This document shows, one piece after another, positions 1 to 10,282 of a stretch of DNA of 64,000 bases. Position 1 is the first letter of the stretch, and the number at the start of each line of letters is the position of its first letter. The translations under genes were made by a program, and so were the position numbers. Under the pieces are notes generated by a model, which was given only the letters and a program-made list of their open reading frames with translations, had not been told where the DNA came from and did no database searches. This DNA comes from Planctomycetota bacterium (GTDB taxonomy: Bacteria > Planctomycetota > Planctomycetia > Pirellulales > UBA1268): NCBI GenBank assembly GCA_014238855.1, contig JABAAH010000009.1:8292-72291 (forward strand), written 5' to 3'.

Positions 1-1011
1 GCCGTTGTGACCAATATTGCTTCAGGAGATCACCTTGGTCTGAACGAAATAGATACTCCGGAACAGCTTGCCTGGGTGAAAGGGGCTATTGTTGCCGCTG
101 TGCGGTCCACAGGTGCTGCAGTCCTTAATGCAGCGGATCCACTGGTTGTCGACATGAAAAAATGGTGCCGTGGTCGGGTGATTTATTTTGCTCTGGATCC
201 AGAGCTGGCCGTCCTCGCTGAGCATCTGGCGTCAGGTGGCCTTGGGGCAACAATTCGTGACGGATGGATTGTGCTTTGTGATGGACCTCGTGAAACTCGT
301 TTAGCAAGCTTAGAAAAAGTCCCACTTGTTCATCATGGTTTGGTTTCATTTCAGGTTGAGAATGCGCTCGCTTGCGCTGCAGCCGCATGGAGTATTGGTA
401 TTCCACTCGAATTGGTTCGTCTTGGACTTGAAAGCTTTTCAAACGGAGCAATGGGAAGTCCCGGTCGATTCAATCTGCTCGATCTCGATGGTGCTACTGT
501 TGTTGTTGACTATGGTCATAATGTTCCGTCGTTAGAGCAAGTCTGTAAAACGCTTGAAAAACTGCCACCAGCTCAAAGAACTGCCGTGTATTCAGCAGCT
601 GGTGATCGTCGGAATGAAGATCTCCTTCGTCAGGGAGAACTTCTGGGCAGGACATTTGATCGTATTGTGATTTATGAGGATGCCTACCGAAGAGGTCGGA
701 GTCCGGGAGAGATAACACGACTTATTGCTGAGGGTATTGCAAGAACGAGACAGACAGAGCGTCGGGCAGTTGTTGAGTCTGGGGGCGATTGGGCAACATC
801 GGCAGCGATGGTTCTTGATTCGGTGAAACCAGGAGACCTTGTTCTGTTGCAACCTGATACGATTGAACAAACGATGCCATGGTTAATGGAGCGATACGGT
901 AATCGGCTTCGTGGAATCGGCTTTGACAAAATTGCAGAAGGTCGACCATCAGACACTGATGGGGTGCCCCTTGATCCTGGGCATAACAAAGATGATGCCC
1001 CTGAGTTGTGA
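1..1011 (+). CDS. cphA: cyanophycin synthetase, C-terminal portion (5' end outside window)
   Basis: Frame is open from nt 1 (track ORF 7..1011). Mur-ligase-like C-terminal domain with VVVDYGHNVPSL and SAAGDRRNEDL...RIVIYEDAYRRGRSPGEI, the pattern of the CphA C-terminus. Confidence 0.75.
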   Translation, partial: AVVTNIASGDHLGLNEIDTPEQLAWVKGAIVAAVRSTGAAVLNAADPLVVDMKKWCRGRVIYFALDPELAVLAEHLASGGLGATIRDGWIVLCDGPRETRLASLEKVPLVHHGLVSFQVENALACAAAAWSIGIPLELVRLGLESFSNGAMGSPGRFNLLDLDGATVVVDYGHNVPSLEQVCKTLEKLPPAQRTAVYSAAGDRRNEDLLRQGELLGRTFDRIVIYEDAYRRGRSPGEITRLIAEGIARTRQTERRAVVESGGDWATSAAMVLDSVKPGDLVLLQPDTIEQTMPWLMERYGNRLRGIGFDKIAEGRPSDTDGVPLDPGHNKDDAPEL

Positions 1012-1037
1012 GTTCGCAGAAAGCGTCCCAAAAACTT

Positions 1038-2105
1038 TTATTTAAGTCCAGGTCCTCTATCAAGTGCTCCCCGGACGCCAAGTTGTTCTGGGTGTCGCGC
1101 AATTTTATCTGTGAATACACGCACGTCATCAATAATTGGCCGTAGATCCTGGGTCAGGCGATTTACGTTGTTGGCCGCCTGTGATAGGTCATTGTAAACC
1201 TGTGGATCACGAACCAGTTTGCCAAGCGTTCCTTGTGACTCGTTGAGAGCTTGGGTGAAGGTGGCTGCTTGCATGAGTACAGTATCAAGACGATTAATTG
1301 CACTATCAATTCCTTGTACCATTGATGCTCCACGTTCGCCAAGAGGTTTTGAAAAGCCTTCTAGGTGTCGAAGGTTGCGATCAGCAGTCTCGATGGTCGC
1401 ACTAATACCTCCAACAGAATTTCGTAGATCAACAAGCACATCAGGCAAGGTATAGATAGAGTCTTTAAGTTTTTGTCTAGCTTCGGCGTCCCCAACAATG
1501 TCGTTTACATTGTTCATCGCTGTTGTGAAAGTCTCTAGCGCTGCATCCAATCTTTTCACAGTCTGGTCAATTTGAATATCTTCTTTCATGAAAATCTTCT
1601 CGATATTTCCAGAAAGAAGTGCAACGGCATCACTTGCGCGAGTAAGTGACTCCAGTGAAGCAGTGACCTTTGGCTCAAGTGTTGAAAATAGTTCAAGAGG
1701 ATCTTTTGAAGCACCACCTTGCAGAATTTCATCCGTTGTTACGCGCTGGCGGGGTGGGGTAGTGTTTCCGGCGATAAGCTCAATTTCCGCGTCACCGAGA
1801 ATCGTACTTGAAACACGTGGTGTTTCATCACGATAGACGGGTACATACGAATCTATTTGGGCGACCACACTCACGCCACCGCGTTCATCAAGCATGACAG
1901 AATTCACCCGCCCGACAAGAATGCCATTTTTCCGAACCGGTGTTCCACTTGAAACCCCTCGGGCTTCTGTGAAGTTCATTTGGACTGGATATGTCGATTG
2001 CACGAGGCTTGGTAGGTCCCCAAATAAAACGATAAGTATGCCTGCGATAATTGCAGTCGCTAAGACCATCACGCCAACACGAAATTGGATTACTCGCTCA
2101 TTCAT
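1038..2105 (-). CDS. mlaD: MlaD/MCE-family component of ABC lipid transporter with long helical C-terminal extension
   Basis: Track ORF 1038..2204. Start placed at the internal ATG (MNERVIQFRVG...) because it forms an ATGAATGA overlap with the stop of the upstream ATPase gene. N-terminal TM helix, MCE domain (GVSSGTPVRKNGILVGRV), then about 230 aa of helical sequence. Confidence 0.8.
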   Translation of the reverse strand: MNERVIQFRVGVMVLATAIIAGILIVLFGDLPSLVQSTYPVQMNFTEARGVSSGTPVRKNGILVGRVNSVMLDERGGVSVVAQIDSYVPVYRDETPRVSSTILGDAEIELIAGNTTPPRQRVTTDEILQGGASKDPLELFSTLEPKVTASLESLTRASDAVALLSGNIEKIFMKEDIQIDQTVKRLDAALETFTTAMNNVNDIVGDAEARQKLKDSIYTLPDVLVDLRNSVGGISATIETADRNLRHLEGFSKPLGERGASMVQGIDSAINRLDTVLMQAATFTQALNESQGTLGKLVRDPQVYNDLSQAANNVNRLTQDLRPIIDDVRVFTDKIARHPEQLGVRGALDRGPGLK

Positions 2106-2994
2106 GATCGTTCTCCTGATCGTTAGCAGTGACAGAGAGAACAGATTGGTTCTGTGTCTGCTCTTCACGAAGTTCATTAAGGCGTTGCCCGGCCTTCCCT
2201 TCAATAAACTGTCGGACCCGTGGGTCTGTAGAGGTGTCTAGTTCTTCCGGTGTACCAGTGAAAATAATTTGTGACTCATTTTCTTTGAGACGGGAAAGTG
2301 GGTAGAGCATTATGATTCGATCAGCAACTTTATGTGCAGTCGTCATGTCGTGAGTGACAACGACATTCGTTGTTTCTGGTCTCTGATGAACACGTAAAAT
2401 TAGCTCATTAATTACGTCACTCATGATCGGATCCAGCCCAGTAGTGGGCTCGTCATAAAGGACTAAGTGAGGGTCTAGGGCAAGGGCTCTCGCAAGACCG
2501 GCACGTTTTCTCATACCACCTGATAGCTCAACAGGCTTTTTTGATAACACGGCGTGCGGCAAGCCAACGTCAGCTACGAGTTCAGTGACAATCTTCGTAA
2601 TCTCTTCCTCATTGAGCTGGGTATGTTCCCGCAAAGGAAATGCAATGTTGTCAGCTATCGTTGCACTGTCGAAGAGGGCAGCTCCTTGAAAAACGAAACC
2701 ATATCGTGTGCGGAGGTGGGCAAGTTGCCGTTCTGTCATGGAAGCTAGTGATGTGTCTTCAAATCGCACGTCGCCCACAGTCGGTTTTATGAGACCGATC
2801 ATGGTCTTCAGGAGAACTGTTTTTCCACATCCACTCTCACCGAGAATGACAAGAGTCTCACCAGAAGTAAGCTCGAGAGACACATTGCGTAACACGTGCT
2901 GGTTGCCAAATGATACCGAAAGTGAATCAATGAAAAGCAGTGGGCCTGCTGGTATTGTTTTTTGTGGTGGTGCTTCAATAACAGGTGCATTCAT
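2098..2994 (-). CDS. mlaF: ABC transporter ATP-binding protein, MlaF-like
   Basis: Walker A GESGCGKT, ABC signature LSGGMRKR, Walker B LVLYDEPTTGLD, H-loop VVVTHD. Sits between the MlaE-like permease and MlaD. Confidence 0.85.
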   Translation of the reverse strand: MNAPVIEAPPQKTIPAGPLLFIDSLSVSFGNQHVLRNVSLELTSGETLVILGESGCGKTVLLKTMIGLIKPTVGDVRFEDTSLASMTERQLAHLRTRYGFVFQGAALFDSATIADNIAFPLREHTQLNEEEITKIVTELVADVGLPHAVLSKKPVELSGGMRKRAGLARALALDPHLVLYDEPTTGLDPIMSDVINELILRVHQRPETTNVVVTHDMTTAHKVADRIIMLYPLSRLKENESQIIFTGTPEELDTSTDPRVRQFIEGKAGQRLNELREEQTQNQSVLSVTANDQENDHE

Positions 2995-3019
2995 CGGTGA
3001 TATTTTCTATAAAACTTTT

Positions 3020-3892
3020 TTAAAGAAGGCTTCTCGGGCCGTCAGGTCGTATGAAGTCCTGTACATTGTTGAGGCCAATGCCGAGAAAAAGATCAAGTAT
3101 GAGAATGAGTACGAATGAGTGGACAAACGCATTTGTTGCGGCTCTACCTACACCCTGTGCACCATGGTCACAATGAAAGCCGTGGTGACAGCTGACCAAA
3201 GCAATAGCAGCGCCGAAAAAGAAGCTTTTGAAAATCCCCATAAGAAAATCAAAGGCGTCGATATAGGCACGCGAATTCGCCCAATAATGATGGTAGTCAA
3301 TACCAAGAATGACATTTGAATAAACGTAACCACCGAGTACACCCATAAAGTCAGCCATAATCGTAAGAGTAGGGATGAGTACCAGACACCCTAGGAAGCG
3401 GGGCACAACGAGATAATAAATCGGATTCGCACCCATACTTTCAAGGGCGTCAATTTGTTCAGTGACTCGCATTGTGCCCAATTCTGCCGCCATGGCACTT
3501 CCCACTCGGCCTGCCAACATAGTTGCTGCGAGTACTGGGCCAAGTTCACGAACGAGTGAAAGATTGATGACAGAACCGAGTCGGGTCTGAAGGCCGAGGG
3601 CTTTAAATTGAGCGTAACTTTGTACTGCTAAGACCATGCCGATGAAGAGCCCGGTTAATGCAATGACTGGCAGTGATAAAACTCCAATCTGGTAGAAGCT
3701 TGGCATGAGTACATCCCGTCGTTGGCGTCGGGCAAATAGCCAACCAACGGTACGTAAAGCAAAGAGGGTCACATCACCAATGCCAGCAACCATTGTCACT
3801 GCCATGTCGCCAACATCGGCGACTCTATTTGCAAACCAACCGGTGACATTGTCAGCGGTATTTTCCGGTAGTGATGTGACAGTTGGATTCAT
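3020..3892 (-). CDS. mlaE: ABC transporter permease, MlaE family
   Basis: 290-aa polytopic membrane protein with MlaE-type conserved stretches ([36 protein letters not shown]). First gene of the mlaE-F-D run. Confidence 0.85.
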   Translation of the reverse strand: MNPTVTSLPENTADNVTGWFANRVADVGDMAVTMVAGIGDVTLFALRTVGWLFARRQRRDVLMPSFYQIGVLSLPVIALTGLFIGMVLAVQSYAQFKALGLQTRLGSVINLSLVRELGPVLAATMLAGRVGSAMAAELGTMRVTEQIDALESMGANPIYYLVVPRFLGCLVLIPTLTIMADFMGVLGGYVYSNVILGIDYHHYWANSRAYIDAFDFLMGIFKSFFFGAAIALVSCHHGFHCDHGAQGVGRAATNAFVHSFVLILILDLFLGIGLNNVQDFIRPDGPRSLL

Positions 3893-4348
3893 AACAACAG
3901 ACTTTCGCCGCAGTGGCAGCGCTCCTTATCGATTAGATCGGCTCGAACGATCAGGCACCTTGAGCCGTTTAGGGGAGGGTTACGGTATCTGCAGGCTTTT
4001 GAAAGAATTTGAAAACTAGAGAACTCTGATTCCAGCGATACAAATGGCTGAATGAGCCTCGAATACACTACTTTTTCAGCAGTGAGTGGTGTCGGGTCGT
4101 GTTCAAAAGATCAGACCCCATTTTTGATTTGGTGATATTTTTCTGATTGTTCAGAATAAATTCAGCCTAGATCATGCCAAGGCATCGCTGTTCAGAGCAG
4201 GTAGCCCTCGTGCTATTCAACCGCACGAAGAAAGGGCAGCCGTGGTGGGTTCCCTTTGAAAATAAGCATTATCGTGCCTTAAGAATTTTGGGCTAGCAAA
4301 CAGTTCGTCCATGTTTTTTTACCAAAAAATCCCTTACGACACCTTTTC

Positions 4349-6889
4349 TCAACTGTCATGCTCTTCTGAAGATCCAGCAGCTACGGGTTCTTCAGTGACA
4401 GTCCCTTTGAAAATAAGTTGTTTCTTACCAGCTACTTCTTTGCAGTCCACTTGAATGGTGTCCTTACCCTCAAATTCACCCTTAAGGAGTTCTTCAGAAA
4501 CCGGGTCTTCAATGTAGTTTTCAAGAGCTCGACGAAGAGGCCGCGCCCCGAAATCCGTATCAGATCCTTTTCTAATAAGAAACTTCTTGGATTCGTCCGT
4601 TAACTCTAGTTTGAGGCCGCGTTCAAGTAGTCGTTCCCGTACCTTTGCGAGCTCGATATCAATAACTTCCTTAAGATTTTCGATAGTAAGGTGATGGAAA
4701 ACAATCAAGTCATCTAGGCGGTTGAGGAATTCAGGACGAAAAACTTTTTCGATTCGCTCGTTGACTCGGCCTTTCATGCTCTCATAACCACTATCATCTT
4801 CTGGTTTTTGAAAACCAAAGGCAGATTCATTCTTAATCGCCTCAGCACCTGCATTCGTCGTCATGATGAGAATCGTATTTCTAAAGTCAACATTTCTTCC
4901 GAAGGCATCGGTGAGACGCCCTTCTTCCATCACTTGTAGCAGCATGTTGAAAACATCTGGATGGGCTTTTTCAATTTCATCTAGAAGAACAACAGCATAC
5001 GGTCGCCTACGAATTTTTTCAGTGAGTTGACCACCCTCTTCAAACCCTACATATCCTGGAGGGGCACCAACGAGGCGGCTTACGTTGTGTTTTTCCATAT
5101 ATTCGCTCATATCAATCGCTATGAGCGCCTCGTCATCGCCAAACATGAATTCAGCGAGTGCTTTGGCTAACAGGGTTTTTCCGACACCTGTTGGGCCGGC
5201 AAAAACAAAGCAACCGATCGGTCGTTTTGGGTCTTTGAGTCCGGAGCGACTTCGGCGGACTGCTTTGGAAATGCTTTTGATTGCCGCATGTTGCCCAATA
5301 ACTCGTTTATGAAGCGAGTCTTCCATCTGCATGAGTCGCTGGCTGTCTTCGGTCGTCATTCGAGTCAATGGAATGCCAGTCATTTTTGAAACAACTTCAG
5401 CAACAACTTCCTCATCAACAACGCCATCGGCTTCACGAGATTTTTCTCGCCACTCCTTGGTCATTTGTTGTTTTTTCTTTTTTAACTTGTCAGCCTGATC
5501 TCGCAGTGCAGCAGCTTTTTCAAAGTCTTGATTAGCAACGGCCTCTTCTTTTTCCTTATTAAGCTGATCTACTTCCGCATCAATCTCTTTGAGGTCTGGC
5601 GGGCGAGTCATTGCTTTAAGACGGACTCTTGCTCCGGCTTCATCAATCACATCAATTGCCTTATCAGGCAGTGCACGCCCTGTGATGTAGCGGCAAGCAA
5701 GTTCAACGGACGCTTCGAGTGCCTCATCAGTAATCGAAACTCTATGATGACTTTCATAGCGGTCTCGAAGCCCTTTTAAGATTTCGATAGCTTCTTTTTT
5801 CGAAGCTGGCTCTACCATGACGAGTTGAAAGCGTCGGTCGAGCGCAGAATCCTTTTCGATATATTTGCGATACTCATCCAGCGTGGTTGCTCCAATGCAC
5901 TGGATTTCACCACGAGCAAGTGCTGGCTTGAGAACGTTTGATGCGTCAATCGCACCTTCTGCTCCTCCGGCGCCAACAAGTGTGTGAAGTTCGTCAATAA
6001 AAAGAATGGTATTCTTTGCTCGGCGGACTTCATTCATCACAGCCTTAATTCTCTCTTCAAACTGCCCCCGATATTTTGTGCCGGCGACCATCATGGCTAG
6101 ATCAAGGACAACAATTCTTCGTTCTGCAAGAAGTTCAGGAATATTGCCCTCAATTACTCTCTGCGCGAATCCCTCAACAATGGCAGTTTTTCCAACACCG
6201 GCTTCACCTATGAGCACTGGGTTGTTTTTTGTTCGTCGGCAGAGGATTTGAATAGCACGTTCAATCTCATTCTCTCGGCCGATAACCGGATCAAGCTTTC
6301 CTTGCTTGGCGAGTTCGGTAAGGTCGCGGCCAAACGAATCAAGTGCCGGAGTTTTACTTTTACCGCTCTTGGTTGGAGTTTCACTGCCACCGCCTCCAGC
6401 ACCAGCCATTTGACGGCCGCCCATGCCAGATCGGTCACTGCCCTCATCCATGCCGTGTCCAAGAAGATTGAGCACCTCTTCACGGACGTCCTCAAGTTTG
6501 AGCCCTAGATTCATCAATACCTGAGCAGCAACACCCTCTTGCTCACGAAGTAATCCAAGCAGAATATGTTCGGTCCCAACATAGTTATGGTTAAGATTTC
6601 GAGCTTCCTCCATTGAATATTCAATGACTTTTTTGGCACGTGGTGTCTGCGGCAATTTGCCCATCGTGACCATATCAGGCCCGCTTTGAACAAGTTTTTC
6701 CACTTCGAGCCGAATCTTGCGGAGATCAACATCAAGATTTTTCAACACGTTTGCAGCAACACCGCTGCCTTCTTTGATCAAGCCGAGTAGGACATGCTCT
6801 GTTCCGATGTATTCGTGATTAAATCGCTGAGCCTCCTGGTTGGCCAGTTGCATTACCTTACGAGCACGATCTGTAAAACGTTCGTACAT
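4349..6889 (-). CDS. clpC: ATP-dependent Clp protease ATP-binding subunit ClpC
   Basis: Track ORF 4349..6967. Start moved to the ATG at 6889 ([12 protein letters not shown]...), which is preceded by GAGGAAG. Two Clp_N repeats, two AAA+ modules (GEAGVGKT and GPTGVGKT), UVR-like linker ([10 protein letters not shown]). Confidence 0.92.
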   Translation of the reverse strand: MYERFTDRARKVMQLANQEAQRFNHEYIGTEHVLLGLIKEGSGVAANVLKNLDVDLRKIRLEVEKLVQSGPDMVTMGKLPQTPRAKKVIEYSMEEARNLNHNYVGTEHILLGLLREQEGVAAQVLMNLGLKLEDVREEVLNLLGHGMDEGSDRSGMGGRQMAGAGGGGSETPTKSGKSKTPALDSFGRDLTELAKQGKLDPVIGRENEIERAIQILCRRTKNNPVLIGEAGVGKTAIVEGFAQRVIEGNIPELLAERRIVVLDLAMMVAGTKYRGQFEERIKAVMNEVRRAKNTILFIDELHTLVGAGGAEGAIDASNVLKPALARGEIQCIGATTLDEYRKYIEKDSALDRRFQLVMVEPASKKEAIEILKGLRDRYESHHRVSITDEALEASVELACRYITGRALPDKAIDVIDEAGARVRLKAMTRPPDLKEIDAEVDQLNKEKEEAVANQDFEKAAALRDQADKLKKKKQQMTKEWREKSREADGVVDEEVVAEVVSKMTGIPLTRMTTEDSQRLMQMEDSLHKRVIGQHAAIKSISKAVRRSRSGLKDPKRPIGCFVFAGPTGVGKTLLAKALAEFMFGDDEALIAIDMSEYMEKHNVSRLVGAPPGYVGFEEGGQLTEKIRRRPYAVVLLDEIEKAHPDVFNMLLQVMEEGRLTDAFGRNVDFRNTILIMTTNAGAEAIKNESAFGFQKPEDDSGYESMKGRVNERIEKVFRPEFLNRLDDLIVFHHLTIENLKEVIDIELAKVRERLLERGLKLELTDESKKFLIRKGSDTDFGARPLRRALENYIEDPVSEELLKGEFEGKDTIQVDCKEVAGKKQLIFKGTVTEEPVAAGSSEEHDS

Positions 6890-7235
6890 AAAACTTCCTC
6901 TTGTGACTACTAAACGCGACTCGCACGATGACCCTGCCATTCCGGCAGAAACAAAACCCAAACTCATCTACATTAATAAACAGTGCAAAAACTACGCCAA
7001 CTTACAGTAAAAATTAGCTGCTCAAAATCCCTGTTCATTAACAACTCATCGCTTTATTGTAGGGATAGCTCGCGTTACTGTCTCCTGCACCTTCGAGTTT
7101 CACGAAGGTTTGTACAGAAATCGCTCACGGACTGTCAAAAGTTTGCCAATGAGACACATTTTGATTACCCATTCGGGGAGGATTCAATCGTCCGCGGCAC
7201 ACTATGCCCCCGCATCCCATCCGCTTGATTGTGGA

Positions 7236-7856
7236 TCAGGCCGCCTTTTGGTGGTTTGCACCTAGATGTGATGCTTCAGCCAGATCATGATCGGTCTCTT
7301 CAGGGTGTGCCTGGTTTTTTTGTGTTATCAATAAGAGTTCGCGATCAATTGCATGCGCCCAGAGCTTTCCAGCATCACTACGAGCAAGCCTCTCAAGTGC
7401 TTTTCGTGCTTCTTGAAACCGGCTAACTCTTCGTAAGAGCGTGCCAAGAAGGAGTTGTGCCTCACCATCTGTTGGTGAAAGATTTAGTATTGTCTGTAGC
7501 TTTGTTTCTGCACGTAGCCAATCTCTCGCAAGGTATGCGTCCCGAGCATCAATAAATAATTTTTCAGTAACGTCATCTCGATAATTCATGAGCGGTTGTG
7601 GGAACGTGGACATTGCCGAGACGGTTGACACGGTCCAAATAATAGCGGTGGCAGCCCAGATACCAAAAGTCATCTCGAGTTCAATAAAATCAGTCCAAAT
7701 CCAAGCAGTCATGATGCAAAGATTCAGACAGATGGCAAAAGCGGTAGCTAATATAAGACCGGCCCAACTGCCTCGAAGCCATGCCCAAGGCAAGCCGGGC
7801 CAAAGAAGTGTAAGTGAGCGAAGAAATGACACGAACGACGAACCTTTCAAAATCAC
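7236..7856 (-). CDS. hypothetical membrane-anchored TPR-like protein
   Basis: N-terminal hydrophobic helices followed by TPR-like helical repeats (ARDAYLARDWLRAETKLQTILNLSPTDGEAQLLLGTLL). No family recognised. Confidence 0.55.
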   Translation of the reverse strand: MILKGSSFVSFLRSLTLLWPGLPWAWLRGSWAGLILATAFAICLNLCIMTAWIWTDFIELEMTFGIWAATAIIWTVSTVSAMSTFPQPLMNYRDDVTEKLFIDARDAYLARDWLRAETKLQTILNLSPTDGEAQLLLGTLLRRVSRFQEARKALERLARSDAGKLWAHAIDRELLLITQKNQAHPEETDHDLAEASHLGANHQKAA

Positions 7857-7910
7857 GATCCAAACTGAAATAGCCTGAGTAGAGTTTAGAGATCAGTTAG
7901 ACTCAGACCA

Positions 7911-9056
7911 ATGGCGAGTCTTGAGGGAGAAAACTCAGAAATGGAAGAAATGAAGTCTGAGCGAAACGGCGCAGCAGTGGGTATTTGGAGAACACTTGAT
8001 GCCTCAGCGAATCGCAGTGCGGAGGCAGTCCGCGTGCTGGAAGACATTCTTCGTTTTGGTTTAAACGATGCTTTTCTTTCACAAGAAGCAAAAGCGATCC
8101 GGCACGAACTTGCTGTTGCTTTTGCAAGAGACGACCTGCAGGCACGAATACGGCTTCGTGACGTTTCCGGTGATGTTGGAGTTCGTAACAAGGTTGATAA
8201 GACACCACTCCGGACTGAAATTAAGCATGTGTTTGCTGCAAATGCTGCTCGGGCAAGTCAATCAATTCGCAGCCTCGAAGAATGTAGCCGGCTCGTAGCA
8301 CCTGCTGTTACCGCAATATTTGAACGACTGCGATACCGGATATATAGCCTTGAACGCATGGGTGTAGCAATCATCGCAAGTCATGAAAATTTGACCAACA
8401 TAAATTTGTGTGTCCTGCTTAACCTTGATCAGTCAGAAATCGAATTTCAAAGTCTTGTGAACCAACTTCTAGTCGCCGGTGTACGGATGATCCAGTTGCG
8501 TGATAAAAAAGTTGAAACCACACGGCTCTGTTGTCGGACGCAAATAGTTGTGGAACAAGCCCGAGATTATGCTAAGTCGACGATGGAGGAAAAGTGTATT
8601 GTTGTTGTTAATGACCGAGTAGATGTGGCTGTAGCGGCGGGTGCGGATGGTGTTCATCTTGGTGAATCGGATTTGCCGGTCTCGCTAGCTCGTAAGGTCT
8701 GTGGCCACGAGTTTCTTATCGGACGAACGGCGCATTCTACTCAGGAAGCGAAGCAGGCGGTGTTGGCTGGTGCGGACTATCTTGGAGTCGGTCCTTGTTT
8801 TCCAACAAAGACTAAGAAATTTGAAGATTTTGCAACAGATACATTCTTGCGTGAGGTTTTGGAAGAAATACACTTACCCACCTTCGCAATTGGTGGCATC
8901 ACGTGTGACAACATCGATCGGCTTATTCAGTTAGGATTCAATCGCTTTGCAGTAGCCAGCTCGATAACTGATGCAGCATATCCCGGCGAGGAAGTTCGAC
9001 GGATGTGCTCACTCCTGTCTGCTCCTATAGAGGATCAATCACCGAAAAATTCTTGA
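7911..9056 (+). CDS. thiE: thiamine-phosphate synthase with about 170-aa N-terminal extra domain
   Basis: C-terminal TMP-TENI fold motifs (MIQLRDKK, VNDRVDVAVAAGADGVHLG, GVGPCFPTKTK, FAIGGI). The N-terminal helical domain (LDASANRSAEAVRVLEDILRF) is not part of minimal ThiE. Confidence 0.85.
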   Translation: MASLEGENSEMEEMKSERNGAAVGIWRTLDASANRSAEAVRVLEDILRFGLNDAFLSQEAKAIRHELAVAFARDDLQARIRLRDVSGDVGVRNKVDKTPLRTEIKHVFAANAARASQSIRSLEECSRLVAPAVTAIFERLRYRIYSLERMGVAIIASHENLTNINLCVLLNLDQSEIEFQSLVNQLLVAGVRMIQLRDKKVETTRLCCRTQIVVEQARDYAKSTMEEKCIVVVNDRVDVAVAAGADGVHLGESDLPVSLARKVCGHEFLIGRTAHSTQEAKQAVLAGADYLGVGPCFPTKTKKFEDFATDTFLREVLEEIHLPTFAIGGITCDNIDRLIQLGFNRFAVASSITDAAYPGEEVRRMCSLLSAPIEDQSPKNS

Positions 9057-9612
9057 GTGAACGAGCAACCGCTTGTGCAATTTGTGTCTCAACGGAGGGT
9101 GAGTAGCCAGTCCAAATAGCAAGAACTTTTTGGTCATGACCAATCAAATACGTCGTAGGATATGCCCCAAAACCGAATGCCTCAGAGAATTTCAAACGCG
9201 TTACCCCTGATGGATCTGCCCACGCAGAGATTTCGATCCCAGTGGACTCAAGAAAAGCTGCCGTGTCACCACGTAGTTGGTCAAGATCGTCACGTGCTCC
9301 ACCGCCACATGAAACAGCAATAAGTTGAAACCGCGGTTCGTTCGATAATCGTGCCGAAAGCCGAGCAAGTCCGGGTAATTCTCGCCGGCAAGGAGGGCAC
9401 CAGGTGCCCCAAAAATTAAGAAGTGTAATTTTTCCGGAAAGTACGAGTGCTGCGTCGCTGGTTTCCAGTGGAACAAGTGAGATTTCCGGAACGATTTTTC
9501 CTATGTGTTCTTGAGTTTGTTGATTTTGGGTCGGTTCACACCCAATAATCCCAATAATAATTAAGAGAAGAAAAAGAATGAAGGGAATTCGTTGGTGTTG
9601 TGTTATCGCCAT
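9025..9612 (-). CDS. TlpA/redoxin-family thiol:disulfide oxidoreductase lipoprotein
   Basis: Signal peptide with lipobox (IIGIIGC), thioredoxin-fold active site WGTWCPPCRRELP. 3' end overlaps the thiE 3' end convergently by 32 nt. Confidence 0.85.
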   Translation of the reverse strand: MAITQHQRIPFILFLLLIIIGIIGCEPTQNQQTQEHIGKIVPEISLVPLETSDAALVLSGKITLLNFWGTWCPPCRRELPGLARLSARLSNEPRFQLIAVSCGGGARDDLDQLRGDTAAFLESTGIEISAWADPSGVTRLKFSEAFGFGAYPTTYLIGHDQKVLAIWTGYSPSVETQIAQAVARSLKNFSVIDPL

Positions 9613-9676
9613 AGATTCATTGTGGGTGCTGAATGTGTAGACTGTCTAGAAGTACCGTACTTAAAGGATTTTACAA

Positions 9677-10249
9677 GTGTACGAAGTTGAACTCAAATTT
9701 GATTTGAAAGATGACGAAAGATTCATTGAGCGGCTGGAAAATATGACAGTTCGTTTCCGAGATAGTATGAAGCAAATTGACCGCTATTTCTCACATCCGA
9801 TGCGTAATTTTGCTCAAACAGACGAGGCTTTACGGCTTCGGCAAGTGGGCCATGAGGTTAAAGTTACTTGGAAAGGTCCACGAGTTGATACATCAACAAA
9901 AGTCCGGCAGGAAATTGAATTAGGAGTGATGCCGCAAGGACCGACAGGACAGACGACTGTTTTAGCGTGGACAGAATTACTTGAGTCGCTTGGCTTTCAT
10001 CAGGTTTTTGAGGTGGTTAAGACACGACTTCCTGGACGAGTTCATTGGCATGGCAGTGACGTTGAGGTAGCGATTGATACAGTTGTTGACCTTGGACGTT
10101 TTGCTGAATTTGAAATCATTGCTGGAGAAGGTGAAGTGCCACTTGCACGAGATTGTGTCGAGTCACTGGCACGTGAGCTTGGTTTGGAAAATCCTGAGTC
10201 AGCAAGCTATCTAGAACTTCTCCTCAGAAAGCAGGAAGCTCCTCGGTAG
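9677..10249 (+). CDS. CYTH-domain protein (class IV adenylate cyclase / triphosphatase family)
   Basis: GTG start. N-terminal ExExK signature (YEVELKF), about 190 aa, GRFAEFEI near the C-terminus, as in CyaB-like CYTH proteins. Confidence 0.8.
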   Translation: MYEVELKFDLKDDERFIERLENMTVRFRDSMKQIDRYFSHPMRNFAQTDEALRLRQVGHEVKVTWKGPRVDTSTKVRQEIELGVMPQGPTGQTTVLAWTELLESLGFHQVFEVVKTRLPGRVHWHGSDVEVAIDTVVDLGRFAEFEIIAGEGEVPLARDCVESLARELGLENPESASYLELLLRKQEAPR

Positions 10250-10282
10250 GGTTTCAATGACCCTTGGCAGCATGCGTATTAC

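Noticed and set aside
6890-6967. N-terminal extensions offered by the ORF track. These are clpC to 6967, mlaD to 2204, panD to 10699, lactonase to 12048, M50 from 14527, SGNH from 15360, lpxB from 13380, icd from 56269, esterase from 57551, NPP from 58363 and desaturase from 59512.
   Set aside because: In each case an internal ATG gives the conserved family N-terminus or a signal peptide. Many of these ATGs also create a stop/start overlap or follow an SD-like motif. The extensions overlap neighbouring genes or encode non-conserved sequence.
6890-7235. CtsR box or CIRCE element upstream of clpC; also the 81-aa ORF at 6983-7228.
   Set aside because: There is no GGTCAAA direct repeat and no TTAGCACTC-N9-GAGTGCTAA. 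The hairpin ACCTTCG...CGAAGGT (about 7090-7110) more plausibly ends the upstream TPR gene. The ORF has no support.
7857-7910. Possible TPP riboswitch upstream of thiE (CTGAGT...ACTCAG hairpin).
   Set aside because: Only 54 nt are available. The conserved THI-box elements (CUGAGA plus ACCUGAUCUGGAUAAUGCCAGCG-like pyrimidine-sensor helix) are absent.
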